A DNA stretch of 64,000 bases from an uncultured Mycoplasmatota bacterium (GTDB lineage: Bacteria > Bacillota_I > Bacilli_A > RF39 > UBA660): the NCBI GenBank assembly GCA_947571135.1, contig CANOWY010000004.1, positions 19,474-83,473 on the forward strand, read 5' to 3'. Position 1 is the stretch's first letter. The number at the start of each line of letters is the position of its first letter. Positions 35,902-46,500 of this stretch are shown here, one piece after another. Made by a program: the position numbers and the translations under genes. Below the pieces are notes generated by a model. The model had not been told where the DNA came from and ran no database searches. It was given only the letters and a program-made list of their open reading frames with translations.

Positions 35902-36009
35902 ATACCAAAATGATTTAAAGAAAATATAGTTGTATAGAGAAAATGCCTCAAAAAATTTGTATTTTTTAAAACAATTATGATAAAATACCTACTGAATTAG
36001 GGGGATTTT

Positions 36010-36936
36010 ATGTGTCCAAGTGAAATATTAAATGAAATTCTGAATACTTCTACAAATGAAGTCAAAAAAATAGAAGAAGAATATATAAATACATTTGCTT
36101 ACTTCATAAAACAAACTAGTGGTACTTTATATTATAAATTAATAGAGAGTATGTATGCCGAACCACAAGAGTATAGCATGCTTTTAAGAACTGGTTTTTT
36201 AGCAGATTCTCTAGTTCCTATTTCGATTATAGAAACGTTTTACGCATTTCTTAAACGTTATCATTATCTGTATAAGGAAGAAATTACCAAATGTATGAAA
36301 GACATTATGCTATTACATGGAAATCAAAATATAGCCTTTTGGAAAAAAGTGCCTTGGATAGATGAAATTTATTGGAATGAAAAGAAAAAACAATTTATAC
36401 TTTCCTCTCAAGGAAATACATTTTCCTTTTATAATTCAAATTCTTTTTTGGCTAAAGATATAGAAATGATAAGACAAAGTTTAGTGCAACAAAAAATATC
36501 TTATAAAAAAACAAGTTTACCAAATGGTTACAATATCGTTTCCAATGCACATTTTGATTATAAATGTCACGAAGTAGCCTATCAGTTTTCTAAACTTCAT
36601 AAGGACATCTACGCAGTGACTTCTATTTGTCCATTTGTATTTCAAAATCATTACTGGTTACATAGTTACAATGTTTCAAAAGATTATGGCGTTGTTTTAG
36701 ATCTTGTTAGCGGATTTATAATGCCTATAGATGAGTTTGAAAATCTAATGTCGCCTCAAGTGTTATGTGAGACAATTGGTATTGACATTTCAAAACGTTT
36801 AAAAGAAATAGAAAATTCTTCATGGCCGTTACTAGCAAACATGAAAAATGCACCCTTAAAAAAACTAGCCTTTTACAGTTTTGATTCCCTAAATTACCAA
36901 GAACAAGAAAAGATTATAAGAAGTTTAAAAAAATAA
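36010..36936 (+). CDS. Hypothetical protein with possible papain/transglutaminase-like Cys-His-Asp triad
   Basis: KCHEVA ... WLHSY ... VLDL spacing. Confidence 0.55.
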   Translation: MCPSEILNEILNTSTNEVKKIEEEYINTFAYFIKQTSGTLYYKLIESMYAEPQEYSMLLRTGFLADSLVPISIIETFYAFLKRYHYLYKEEITKCMKDIMLLHGNQNIAFWKKVPWIDEIYWNEKKKQFILSSQGNTFSFYNSNSFLAKDIEMIRQSLVQQKISYKKTSLPNGYNIVSNAHFDYKCHEVAYQFSKLHKDIYAVTSICPFVFQNHYWLHSYNVSKDYGVVLDLVSGFIMPIDEFENLMSPQVLCETIGIDISKRLKEIENSSWPLLANMKNAPLKKLAFYSFDSLNYQEQEKIIRSLKK

Positions 36937-37041
36937 AATAGGACGGATTTGCTAGATTTAACTTTTGTTTTTATAATAAGTAGTATTTCATGACACCCAT
37001 TTTAAAACCTGTGCTATAATACTATAAAGGTGATGTAAAAA

Positions 37042-38397
37042 ATGAATTTAAAGACAGATTCTAGAAAAGTAACACAGGGAGATACTTTTATCGCCATACG
37101 TAATGTAAATACAGATGGCCATGATTTCATAGAACAAGCAATCCAAAATGGAGCAACAAAAATTATATGCGAAAAAGGAGAATTTCCTGTTGAGACGGAA
37201 ATTGTTGCCGATACTAAAAAATATCTACAGGAATATCTCTATACAAATTACTATCCAAAAATAAAAGACATGAATTTAATTGGAGTCACTGGAACCAACG
37301 GGAAAACAACCATCTGTTTTTTAGTTTACCAAATGTTAAAAAAACTGGGGAAAAATCCTGCCTATATAGGGACAATTGGATTTTACTATCAAGATAGTCA
37401 AAAAGTGTTGAACAATACAACACCAGATACAGATCTTTTATACGAAATGCTAATAGAAGCCAAAGAGGCTGGGTGCGATACAGTCGTAATGGAAGTAAGT
37501 AGTCATGCTCTAGATAAGGATAGAATTTATGGCTTAGAATTCGACTGTGTGGCTTTTACCAATCTTACACAAGATCATTTAGATTATCATAAAACAATGG
37601 AAAACTATTGCAATGCCAAAAAGAAACTATTTGAACGTACTAGAAACAATAAAGTCGCTATCTTAAATGGTGATGATACGTACGCCAAAAATTTTATTTT
37701 ACCTCAAAATGAAAATACTATTATTTCAACTGAAAATGGAAACGTTTTAATTAGCCAAATGGATTTTTCTCATAACAATACAAAAATTAAATTTATATAT
37801 GAAGAGAAAGAATACGAAACGGAAATTAAAATGGTCGGAAGGTATAATGTATACAATTTCCTAACAGCCCTTTTATTAGTACATAAATTAGGATTTACAG
37901 TAGAAAACATTTTAAATCTTACAAAAGAATTAACGGCTCCTAATGGTCGTATGGAAAAAATAGATTACAAAACAAACAGTATTTTTATTGACTATGCCCA
38001 TACTCCAGACGCCGTGATTAACGTATTAAAAAGTGCTTTAGAATATAAAAAAGGACGTATTATTACGATTATTGGATGTGGTGGAGATAGAGATAGAACC
38101 AAAAGACCCCTTATGGGTAGGGCCGCAGAAGAATACTCTGATTATGTCATTTTTACAAACGACAATCCGCGTACAGAAGCGGAACATCAAATTATGGAAG
38201 ATATTTTAAATGGTTTAAAAAAGGACAACCATGAAGTAATCTATGATCGAAAAGAAGCCATAAAAAAAGGAATCGAATTATTACAAGACAACGATTTATT
38301 AATGATTTTAGGAAAAGGACATGAAGATTATCAAATTATTGGCACAGAAAAACATCATTTTAGTGACAAAGAAGTTGTTTTAGAAGTAATAAAGTAA
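37042..38397 (+). CDS. murE: UDP-MurNAc-tripeptide synthetase MurE (meso-DAP type)
   Basis: DSRKV, GVTGTNGKTT, MEVSSH, DHLDYH, DYAHTPD, DNPR, GKGHE.YQ. Confidence 0.96.
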   Translation: MNLKTDSRKVTQGDTFIAIRNVNTDGHDFIEQAIQNGATKIICEKGEFPVETEIVADTKKYLQEYLYTNYYPKIKDMNLIGVTGTNGKTTICFLVYQMLKKLGKNPAYIGTIGFYYQDSQKVLNNTTPDTDLLYEMLIEAKEAGCDTVVMEVSSHALDKDRIYGLEFDCVAFTNLTQDHLDYHKTMENYCNAKKKLFERTRNNKVAILNGDDTYAKNFILPQNENTIISTENGNVLISQMDFSHNNTKIKFIYEEKEYETEIKMVGRYNVYNFLTALLLVHKLGFTVENILNLTKELTAPNGRMEKIDYKTNSIFIDYAHTPDAVINVLKSALEYKKGRIITIIGCGGDRDRTKRPLMGRAAEEYSDYVIFTNDNPRTEAEHQIMEDILNGLKKDNHEVIYDRKEAIKKGIELLQDNDLLMILGKGHEDYQIIGTEKHHFSDKEVVLEVIK

Positions 38398-38464
38398 AAA
38401 CAACAGAAGAACAAGAGAAATCAATGAACTAAACAATATTCTATTATTACAAGGAGACAAATTC

Positions 38465-40342
38465 ATGAAATACCAAATTAAAAATGCTTCAATTTCTTTA
38501 GGAGGCAACACTATTTTAGATGATATTAATTTTGAAATAACGGAAGAAAGCCATATTGGAATTGTAGGAAAAAATGGAAGTGGAAAAACAACTCTTTTAA
38601 ATGCACTTATTTTTAACGATTTATTAGAAGAAGGAGTAGAAGATACGCCATTACAAATTAATAAAATTGGTACTTTTACTATTGGATATTTAGAACAAGT
38701 AACTTTTTCAAATGAAGAAACGACGCTTTTAGATGAAATTAGAAATTCCTTTCACGAAATTATGGATACAGAACAAAAACTAGAAAAAGTCTTAAAAGAA
38801 ATGGAGACAAATATAACGGATAAACTCATTTCAGAATACACGGTACTCTTAGACCGTTTTAATACCCTTGGTGGTTATACCTACCAAAAAGAATATGAAA
38901 TTATGCTAAAAAAATTTGGATTTAGTGAAGAAGATAAAAAGAAAAGAATGAAAGAGTTTTCAGGAGGAGAAAGAACCAAACTTGCTTTTTTAAAACTTCT
39001 TTTGTCCAATCCAGATATATTGTTTTTAGATGAGCCTACTAACCATTTGGATATTGAAGCCATCGTTTGGTTAGAAAACTACCTTAAAAATTATAAAAAA
39101 GCCTTTGTTGTTGTTTCTCATGATCGAATGTTTTTAGATAATATTGTAAACACAATTTACGATATTTCTTATAAAAAAGTAACGAAATATACTGGAAATT
39201 ATACCTTTTACGAGAAACAAAAACAAGAAAATTACGATAGAGATTTAAAAAATTACGATCGTCAGCAAAAAGAAATTGCAAGACTTCGCAGTTTATACGA
39301 AAAATTTAGATATAAACCTTCAAAAGCCTCTATGGCTTTATCTAAATTACATATGATTGAAAGAATGGATCTTTATGAAAAACCGAAGCGTTTAAATACC
39401 AAAACATTCAAAATGAATTTAAATAAAATGGAACCAAGCGGAAAAACGGTTCTTACTTGCAAAGATTTAAAAATTGGATACAAAACTATACTTGCCAATT
39501 TCAATTTTGAAATTTTGCAAGGAGAAAAAGTCGGGATTATTGGGGCAAATGGAACAGGGAAATCCACACTCTTAAAAACGATTCAAGGTTTATTAAAACC
39601 AAAAGAAGGCTCTATTTCTTTTGGATATCATGTGAAAAGTGCCTACTTCGATCAAAATTTAAAAATGCTAAATGATAATCATACTATCTTAGAAGAATTT
39701 AAATGTGCTTATCCAAATGCATTAGAAAGTGAAGCAAAAAGCGCATTAGGTGCATTTTTATTTAGCGGAGAAGAAACAAGCAAAAAAGTAAATGTTTTAT
39801 CGGGAGGAGAGAAAGTACGCTTACAACTTTGTAAAATTTTATACGATAAACCGAATTTCCTTATTTTAGACGAACCAACCAATCATATGGATTTATTAGG
39901 AAAAGAACAATTAGAGACGATTTTATCTTCCTACAAAGGAACTATCCTTTTTGTTTCTCATGATAGATATTTTGTAAAAAAAATTGCTACTCATTTAATT
40001 GTTTTTGAACAGGGGACTGCAACCTATTATCCATATGACTATGAAACATATAAAGACAAAATGAAAGAACGAAAAGAAGAGAAGAGTGAATCTAATAATT
40101 TTCCAAAGAACAAAGAGAAAAAATCTTCAACCAATTTCCAAACTTCAAAAAAAGAAATCATTAAGATAGAAAAAGAAATAACTAAATTAGAATCTGAAAA
40201 GAAAAAGATAAATGTAGAATTGGTAAAAGAAGAAAACTATAATGATTACCAAAAGATGAATGATTTAAAAAATAAATTAGATAAAATAGAAAAGAATTTA
40301 CGGCAATTAGAAAAAGATTGGGAATATCTTGTAGAAAAATAA
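38465..40342 (+). CDS. ABC-F family ATPase
   Basis: Two ABC domains (GKNGSGKT/FSGGE/LDEPTNHLD; GANGTGKS/LSGGE/LDEPTNH), no TM, C-terminal coiled coil. Confidence 0.93.
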   Translation: MKYQIKNASISLGGNTILDDINFEITEESHIGIVGKNGSGKTTLLNALIFNDLLEEGVEDTPLQINKIGTFTIGYLEQVTFSNEETTLLDEIRNSFHEIMDTEQKLEKVLKEMETNITDKLISEYTVLLDRFNTLGGYTYQKEYEIMLKKFGFSEEDKKKRMKEFSGGERTKLAFLKLLLSNPDILFLDEPTNHLDIEAIVWLENYLKNYKKAFVVVSHDRMFLDNIVNTIYDISYKKVTKYTGNYTFYEKQKQENYDRDLKNYDRQQKEIARLRSLYEKFRYKPSKASMALSKLHMIERMDLYEKPKRLNTKTFKMNLNKMEPSGKTVLTCKDLKIGYKTILANFNFEILQGEKVGIIGANGTGKSTLLKTIQGLLKPKEGSISFGYHVKSAYFDQNLKMLNDNHTILEEFKCAYPNALESEAKSALGAFLFSGEETSKKVNVLSGGEKVRLQLCKILYDKPNFLILDEPTNHMDLLGKEQLETILSSYKGTILFVSHDRYFVKKIATHLIVFEQGTATYYPYDYETYKDKMKERKEEKSESNNFPKNKEKKSSTNFQTSKKEIIKIEKEITKLESEKKKINVELVKEENYNDYQKMNDLKNKLDKIEKNLRQLEKDWEYLVEK

Positions 40343-40443
40343 AAAAAGAAAAAGGAAATGTAAAAAAGGTTCAATGTCAAGTAGTGTTATACAAGTATAT
40401 AATGATTATTTTGGAGAAGAAGTATATGTCGGGGGGGGATTAA

Positions 40444-41202
40444 ATGGTAAAAAATAAACAAGACAAAACAAAGTTATCTAACTGGGAAGAAGGAGATGTA
40501 TTTGCGTTAAGAATAAATAGCGAAGAACATAAAGAATATAATGGAAAATATATTATTTTGATTCACACAATTATTAATAAAGATAATTGGAAAATGACAA
40601 GAACTACTAATTCTTTCAGAGCAAAAATAACTAAAGATTCCATACTTCCTAAAACGAAGGAAGAGTTAGAGAAATTAGAATATATTAAGATTTATTCTGA
40701 AGGCTATTTGCTTGAGAAAACTCGTTTTCCAAAAGAAACTAAAAATTTATATCCAGATAAATATCATCTTATATATAAATACTTATTTGTTATAAAATCA
40801 TTTAAATATAAAGTACCTGAAGATTTAATCTATATAGGGAATTTCAATTTAGAAAAACCCATAAACGAATATATTCCTGTTTCTCAACATCATGGTGTTC
40901 TATATTCTTTTTGGAATGAGAAATATTCAAAAATTGTTGAAAAATTACTAAATTCTTATGAATGGTTAAATTTAAAAAAGTCAACAATTTTCACAAAAGA
41001 GGGTCAAAAAGAGTTTTTAGATAATCAAAAAGAAAATATAAAATTTTGGCAAGAAATAGATGATTTTATTGTCCAATTAAAAAAAGTTAATAAATCTATT
41101 AACGAAACAAATAGTAAAACAAAAGAAATACAAAAAAATGGCTTTGAAACCTACGTAGGTGGTTCTGAAATATTAGATATATTAAACAAGAAGCAAAAAT
41201 AA
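40444..41202 (+). CDS. Putative immunity protein (Imm26-like N-terminus), copy A
   Basis: WEEGDVFAL motif; near-duplicate of 42669..43421; preceded by a toxin C-terminal scrap; stop codon lies inside repeat 1. Confidence 0.6.
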   Translation: MVKNKQDKTKLSNWEEGDVFALRINSEEHKEYNGKYIILIHTIINKDNWKMTRTTNSFRAKITKDSILPKTKEELEKLEYIKIYSEGYLLEKTRFPKETKNLYPDKYHLIYKYLFVIKSFKYKVPEDLIYIGNFNLEKPINEYIPVSQHHGVLYSFWNEKYSKIVEKLLNSYEWLNLKKSTIFTKEGQKEFLDNQKENIKFWQEIDDFIVQLKKVNKSINETNSKTKEIQKNGFETYVGGSEILDILNKKQK

Positions 41203-41255
41203 AATGCTTCTTTTTATGTTTTATGATATACTAAAAGTGTACTTGATAAGATAAA
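41188..41255 (+). repeat. Cassette repeat copy 1 (terminator + extended -10 promoter)
   Basis: AAGAAGCAAAAATAAAATGCTTCTTTTTATGTTTTATGATATACTAAAAGTGTACTTGATAAGATAAA. Confidence 0.95.
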
Positions 41256-41971
41256 TAAGGATACAAATGGCGTATATATAACAGATAGCAAACACATACC
41301 CATAATAAATCCATATCGATATAGAAACAGGATTATATTATTTAAATAGTAGATACTACAATCCACTATGGGGTAGATTTATTAATGCAGATAATTATTT
41401 ATGCTTTGCTAAAAATAACATTGCGCTAAATTTATATGCTTATTGTGAAAATAATCCTATTATCTATGAAGATAACGAAGGGGATTCTTTAGCACTTGCT
41501 GGAGCAAGTATGGCGGGAGTTGCCACAGTAGGAGCAATTTTCCTTGGTGGTTTATATTATGGTGCTAAACAACTAGTTAATTATTTATATCAAACTGCCG
41601 AAAATATAAAATCTAAAACACAAACTAAATCTAAAACTAGTACTAAAACTAAAAATGAAGATAGATCTAATACTAAAATTTATCGATGGGGAGGTACTAA
41701 TCCTTCTAATTTAACCCCTAAAAAGAAGGATGTAGATAATCCAAATTATGGCTTATCATTTTCATACACGCCACAAGTAAATGCAGCAGAAACAACAATA
41801 GAAGCAATTAATAATACAGGAATTTTATATGCTATACAAGACAAACCAAATCATATCTCTGTATATCCAATTGGTGGAACTATGGAAGATTGGGCCAAAC
41901 AAGGGCCAGGATCTATCTGGACAGGGGCATTAAAAAGTATAGTGGTAAAATGGGATGGAATAGTAAAATGA
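41256..41971 (+). pseudogene. Start-less RHS core plus toxin tip (possible ADP-ribosyltransferase-like); 20-bp deletion in the core
   Basis: ETGLYYLNSRYYNPLWGRFINAD...NLYAYCENNP...DNEG, then ORF 41510..41971 (IYRWGG..P.NLTP...GLSFS); lacks GTTACTATTATGACATAGAA relative to copy 3. Confidence 0.75.
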
Positions 41972-42408
41972 AAAAAAATACCAAAAAATTATTATTACAA
42001 CTTGATTCAAGTAATTCTTATAAAACTCAAGAAAAGGCTATGGAACAATTAAAATCAGAACGCGATTTAAATATTTTTATATTACCAGGAGAGCCTTTTA
42101 GTAAAGGAACATGGGAAAATTGTGCAAAAATTCTATACATGAAAACAGATAATGAATTATTACCTTATGTAGAAAAATTAATGGATTGGTTAGAAGATAT
42201 GAATTGGCCTGGTGCTTGGATAATTTTGGAAAGATTAAGTTTAATGCCAAAAGAATTCATAAAAAAAGCCTATTTTGAAAAGCGAAAAATTGCATATAAA
42301 GAAATAGAAAAAGTGGGTGAAGATTATTTGAACAGTTGGTATAGTAATCTTGAAATGATTTTTTTTCCAGAAAAAATAAAGTTATATTCTCCAAAGAAGC
42401 AGAAATAA
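41968..42408 (+). CDS. DUF5071-like putative immunity protein
   Basis: WENCAKIL, LMDWLEDMNWPGA; ATGA overlap with the toxin tip; stop codon inside repeat 2. Confidence 0.7.
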   Translation: MKKNTKKLLLQLDSSNSYKTQEKAMEQLKSERDLNIFILPGEPFSKGTWENCAKILYMKTDNELLPYVEKLMDWLEDMNWPGAWIILERLSLMPKEFIKKAYFEKRKIAYKEIEKVGEDYLNSWYSNLEMIFFPEKIKLYSPKKQK

Positions 42409-42460
42409 ATGCTTCTTTTTATGTTTTATGATATACTAAAAGTGTACTTGATAAGATAAA
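42394..42460 (+). repeat. Cassette repeat copy 2
   Basis: Matches copy 1 except in the hairpin loop. Confidence 0.95.
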
Positions 42461-42465
42461 CAAAG

Positions 42466-42675
42466 ATGGAAATAAAATATTCAGATTTACCTTATGGTGC
42501 GGCTAGAATAAAAAAACAACAATTAATAGTTGAATATAAAACACTTAATCGTGGAAACTACAGAAACAATCAAATAAATGGGTTAAGTCGAGGAAATAGT
42601 AATCTGTCTATTTATATACAAGTATATAATGATTATTTTGGAGAAGAAGTATATGTTGGGGGTATTAAATGGTAA
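42466..42675 (+). pseudogene. Toxin C-terminal remnant (RHS core deleted)
   Basis: Begins with the CAAAGATG core start, then ends IQVYNDYFGEEVYVGGIKW, also seen upstream of 40444. Confidence 0.55.
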
Positions 42676-43421
42676 AAGATAAAAATGATAAAACAAAATT
42701 AAGTAATTGGGAAGAAGGAGATGTATTTGCATTAAAAATAAATAGTGAAGAACATAAAGAATATAATGGAAAATATATTATTTTAATTCACACAATTATT
42801 AATAAAGATAATTGGAAAATGACAAGAACTACAAATTCCTTCAGAGCAAAAATTACTAAAGATTCCATACTTCCTAAAACGAAGGAAGAGTTAGAGAAAT
42901 TAGAATATATTAAGATTTATTCTGAAGGCTATTTGCTTGAGAAAACTCGTTTTCCAAAAGAAACTAAAAATTTATATCCAGATAAATATCATCTTATATA
43001 TAAATACTTATTTGTTATAAAATCATTAAAATATAAAGTACCTGAAGATTTAATCTATATAGGTAATTTCAATTTAGAACCTCCTCAAAATGAATATATT
43101 CCCTATTCTCAACATCATGGTGTTCTATTTTCTTTTTGGAATGAGAAATATTCAAAAATTGTTGAAAAATTGCTAAATTCTTATGAATGGTTTAATTTAA
43201 AAAAAGCAAAAACATTTACAGAACAAGGCCAAAAAGAATTTTTGGAGTATGAGCAAAAAGAAATAGAATTTTTTATAAAAGATAAAAAAGAAACAGCCAA
43301 ACTATTAGAAATGTATGAAAAAGGGTTAATCCCTGTAGAAGAGGATTTTTTTATAAAAGATACTTTAACCTACGTAGGTAGTCCTGAAATATTAGATATA
43401 TTAAACAAGAAGCAAAAATAA
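42669..43421 (+). CDS. Putative immunity protein (Imm26-like N-terminus), copy B
   Basis: Near-identical to 40444..41202 except for a divergent pre-C-terminal segment; stop codon inside repeat 3. Confidence 0.6.
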   Translation: MVKDKNDKTKLSNWEEGDVFALKINSEEHKEYNGKYIILIHTIINKDNWKMTRTTNSFRAKITKDSILPKTKEELEKLEYIKIYSEGYLLEKTRFPKETKNLYPDKYHLIYKYLFVIKSLKYKVPEDLIYIGNFNLEPPQNEYIPYSQHHGVLFSFWNEKYSKIVEKLLNSYEWFNLKKAKTFTEQGQKEFLEYEQKEIEFFIKDKKETAKLLEMYEKGLIPVEEDFFIKDTLTYVGSPEILDILNKKQK

Positions 43422-43474
43422 AATGCTTCTTTTTATGTTATATGATATACTAAAAGTGTACTTGATAAGATAAA
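43407..43474 (+). repeat. Cassette repeat copy 3
   Basis: One substitution relative to copy 1. Confidence 0.95.
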
Positions 43475-44228
43475 CAAAAATACAAATGGCGGATATATAA
43501 CAGATAGTAACCATATAGCCATAATAAATCCATATCGATATAGAAGTTACTATTATGACATAGAAACAGGATTATATTATTTAAATAGTAGATACTACAA
43601 TCCAACATGGGGTAGATTTATTAATGCAGATGGAATTATAGGTACTAGCGAAACTATATTAGGCTATAACTTATATACTTATTGCGAGAATAATCCAATT
43701 GCGAATGTCGATGAAACAGGTTTTTTTATTAACATTTTAAAAAATCCTATTAAAAGATTTCAAAATACGTGTGCAGGATTAGCAAGTGCTGTGGGAGCAT
43801 TAGTAAATAGACCTTTAGCAGGAGATATGTTTGCTAAATCCTTTCAACCTGAAAAACAACTATCCCAAAAAACAACAAACAAATTAAGTGAGGCCATTAG
43901 AAATTCAAAGCAAGTAAAAAGTGTAGTAAATGAGTGCATAAATGAATTTAAAACAAATAGGGATACTTATTGTAGTAAGGATATTGAATTTACAGGACAT
44001 AGTGATTTACATCTTTCCGTTGGAAAAGCAAAAGTAGAAGTTCAGGTTGTTCAGATTGAAGATAAATACTGGGCAGATGTTACTGTTACAGATACATATG
44101 ATTTTGATGAATTTAGAAAAGACATATCATTTGGAAGTATTATGAATAACATAGGCTTTTATATTCAAAATCAAAATATATTAGTTCCATATGAATGGGA
44201 TGTTAATTATGCAGTGCTAGTAGAATAA
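43475..44228 (+). pseudogene. Start-less but uninterrupted RHS core plus toxin tip
   Basis: Open frame NGGYITDSNHIAIINPYRYRSYYYDIETGLYYLNSRYYNPTWGRFINADG...NLYTYCENNP..VDETG continues into ORF 43791..44228; no in-frame ATG before the core. Confidence 0.8.
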
Positions 44229-44267
44229 TATTTTTATTTTAAAAATGTTTTGGTTGAGGAGGAAATG

Positions 44268-44726
44268 ATGAAAAAAAGAAAAAAGATGATTAAATTTAGT
44301 ATTATTGTTTGTACACTATTATTTTGTACATGGTATTATATAGAGTATAGTGATATAAATCTAATAAATATAAATCGCAACTTAGATTTGCCTAAACCGA
44401 AATCTATAACAAAAATTATAGAAGAACCAGGAAGAGATGGTAATATTTTTTTCATACTGCATTATGAAACAGAAGATACCAATAAAATAAAACAGCAAAT
44501 TACTAATCAGTCATTAAAAGAATTAACTGAAAAATTTCAATTTATAGTTGAAAGAACAAATTCTGAATCAGCAGAAATATTAAAACAAAAACTTGATATA
44601 AGTATTTTAAATGAAAATTCTTTATATTTTTTATATGACAAGCGTTATAGTTTTTCAACTTTGATTATATTTGATGAAGAAAACTTGGATCTTTATTATA
44701 TAAATTTTTGGGTAATGCCTTCATAA
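44268..44726 (+). CDS. Membrane-anchored putative immunity protein
   Basis: N-terminal TM, LPKPKS motif; GAGGAGG RBS; paralog of 45687 and 47706. Confidence 0.65.
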   Translation: MKKRKKMIKFSIIVCTLLFCTWYYIEYSDINLININRNLDLPKPKSITKIIEEPGRDGNIFFILHYETEDTNKIKQQITNQSLKELTEKFQFIVERTNSESAEILKQKLDISILNENSLYFLYDKRYSFSTLIIFDEENLDLYYINFWVMPS

Positions 44727-44826
44727 ATAAGTTAATATCAAAGAAGGCTATTACTTTATTGCATACTATAACAAAAAAATAACGTCAAAGAAAAATTAAA
44801 TAATATAACATTTTCCAAGAAAATCA

Positions 44827-44893
44827 AAGAAGCAAAAATAAATGCTTCTTTTTGTGTTTTGTGATATACTAAAGGTGTACTTGATAAGATAAA
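44827..44893 (+). repeat. Cassette repeat copy 4
   Basis: Three A>G changes and a shorter loop relative to copy 1; TG-A-TATACT retained. Confidence 0.93.
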
Positions 44894-45667
44894 CAAAGAT
44901 GCCAATGGCGGATATATAACAGATAGCAACCATATCGCGATAATAAATCCATATCGATATAGAAGTTACTATTACGATATAGAAACAGAACTCTATTATC
45001 TAAACAGTAGATACTATAATCCAACATGGGGTAGATTTCTTAATGCAGATGGAATTATTAATGCCAACAAAGATTTCTTAAGTGACAATTTATATATTTA
45101 CACAAGTAACAACTATATTACATACCAAGATACAAACGGATATTTTATTGATATATTAAAATCTTCAAGAAATTTTCTAAAATCGGTTGCAAAAACTTTA
45201 AGTAATCTAATCGGCAAAAAAGCGAATATGCCTGCTTCTTCTGGGATGCTTAATAGTGCACTTGCAGGAACAAGTCTTAATAACGCAACAATGAACATTG
45301 TAACCAATAAAATAAAAAATTCGTCTGAAATGAAAAAAGAAGTAAATAAATGTGTTTCAAATAATAAAAATAAAAATTACTTTGTATGCGAAGATTATGT
45401 GAATGGCTCGACTGGATTTGTTAGTGATAAAGATTTGCATGGTGCAGTACAACACGCAAATTATATAATACAAGGAATAAAAAACGATTCTACAAATGCT
45501 ATTGATTTAAATGTAATTGTATATGACATTTATGACTTTGACAAATGGAGATGGTCTTTTAAGTGGTTAGATTGGGCAAATAATTTTGGCTTACATATCA
45601 AACATTAGGATTATTAACACCATATAACTGGGACATATCATATACTATAACAATTCCAGCAGAATAA
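44894..45667 (+). pseudogene. Start-less RHS core plus toxin tip with a frameshift near the C-terminus (~45592)
   Basis: KDANGGYITDSNHIAIINPYRYR...DTNG in frame with ORF 45228; the shifted frame gives TYQTLGLLTPYNWDISYTITIPAE*, homologous to the end of 43791..44228. Confidence 0.75.
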
Positions 45668-45686
45668 ACAAAAAAGTGAGGCTCTT

Positions 45687-46187
45687 ATGAAAAAGAAAAC
45701 TAAAAAGAACATATATACCATCATTCTTATTGCACTGGGTATTGTTCTATTTATAAAGTATATATCTAGTGTTCACTTTATGTATAAAGTAAATTGGAAT
45801 ATTAACATACCTAATCCAAAGAGTGTTGAAACAATATATGAAAATAGTGGGTTTCAATTCGGTCAATATTTAGATGTGATGCATTATAGTAAAAAAAATA
45901 TAAATAAATTAATCAAAAGAGACTATTTTAAAAAAATCGAAAAAGAAAACAAAGAATTTTTAGAAAAAAAGTATAACGACTTTATTACTATTAACTCTTT
46001 TATGAAAGATAATGAAGAACTTCAACAATTATATGATAATACTATTCAACCAAACATTAAATTTAATGAAAATAATTATTATGCATTGTTTGAAGAAGGA
46101 TATTTAAATTCTATTAAATATAATTTAATTATACTTATTATTGACACCGAAAATAATAATATGTATTCTATCCAATTTTATAGATAA
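45687..46187 (+). CDS. Membrane-anchored putative immunity protein
   Basis: N-terminal TM, WNINIPNPKS; distant paralog of 44268 and 47706. Confidence 0.62.
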   Translation: MKKKTKKNIYTIILIALGIVLFIKYISSVHFMYKVNWNINIPNPKSVETIYENSGFQFGQYLDVMHYSKKNINKLIKRDYFKKIEKENKEFLEKKYNDFITINSFMKDNEELQQLYDNTIQPNIKFNENNYYALFEEGYLNSIKYNLIILIIDTENNNMYSIQFYR

Positions 46188-46196
46188 TAATAGAAA

Positions 46197-46264
46197 GAGA
46201 AGCAAAAATAAAATGCTTCTTTTTATGTTTTATGATATACTAAAAGTGTACTTGATAAGATAAA
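46197..46264 (+). repeat. Cassette repeat copy 5
   Basis: Matches copy 1 from AGAAGCA onward. Confidence 0.95.
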
Positions 46265-46483
46265 CAAAGATGCAGATAGAACATTACGGTTTTAAATTGT
46301 ATAAATGGCTATAGGTAGTGCTATACATCGATAGTAGCAAATGGAATTGCTAAACCATAAAAAAATGATTTTCATTGTTGGCTCCTTTGTCTCTGAAGCA
46401 GTCACATCAATTACTAATATCATCCCGACAGGAATTCACATCGTCATATTTGGTTTTTAGATTTATCTTGGGATAATAATTAA
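46265..46483 (+). pseudogene. Heavily deleted RHS/toxin remnant
   Basis: CAAAGATGCAGAT fuses the core start to the NAD codons; ends ...HPDRNSHRHIWFLDLSWDNN*. Confidence 0.5.
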
Positions 46484-46500
46484 ATAGAAAAGAGTAAAAT

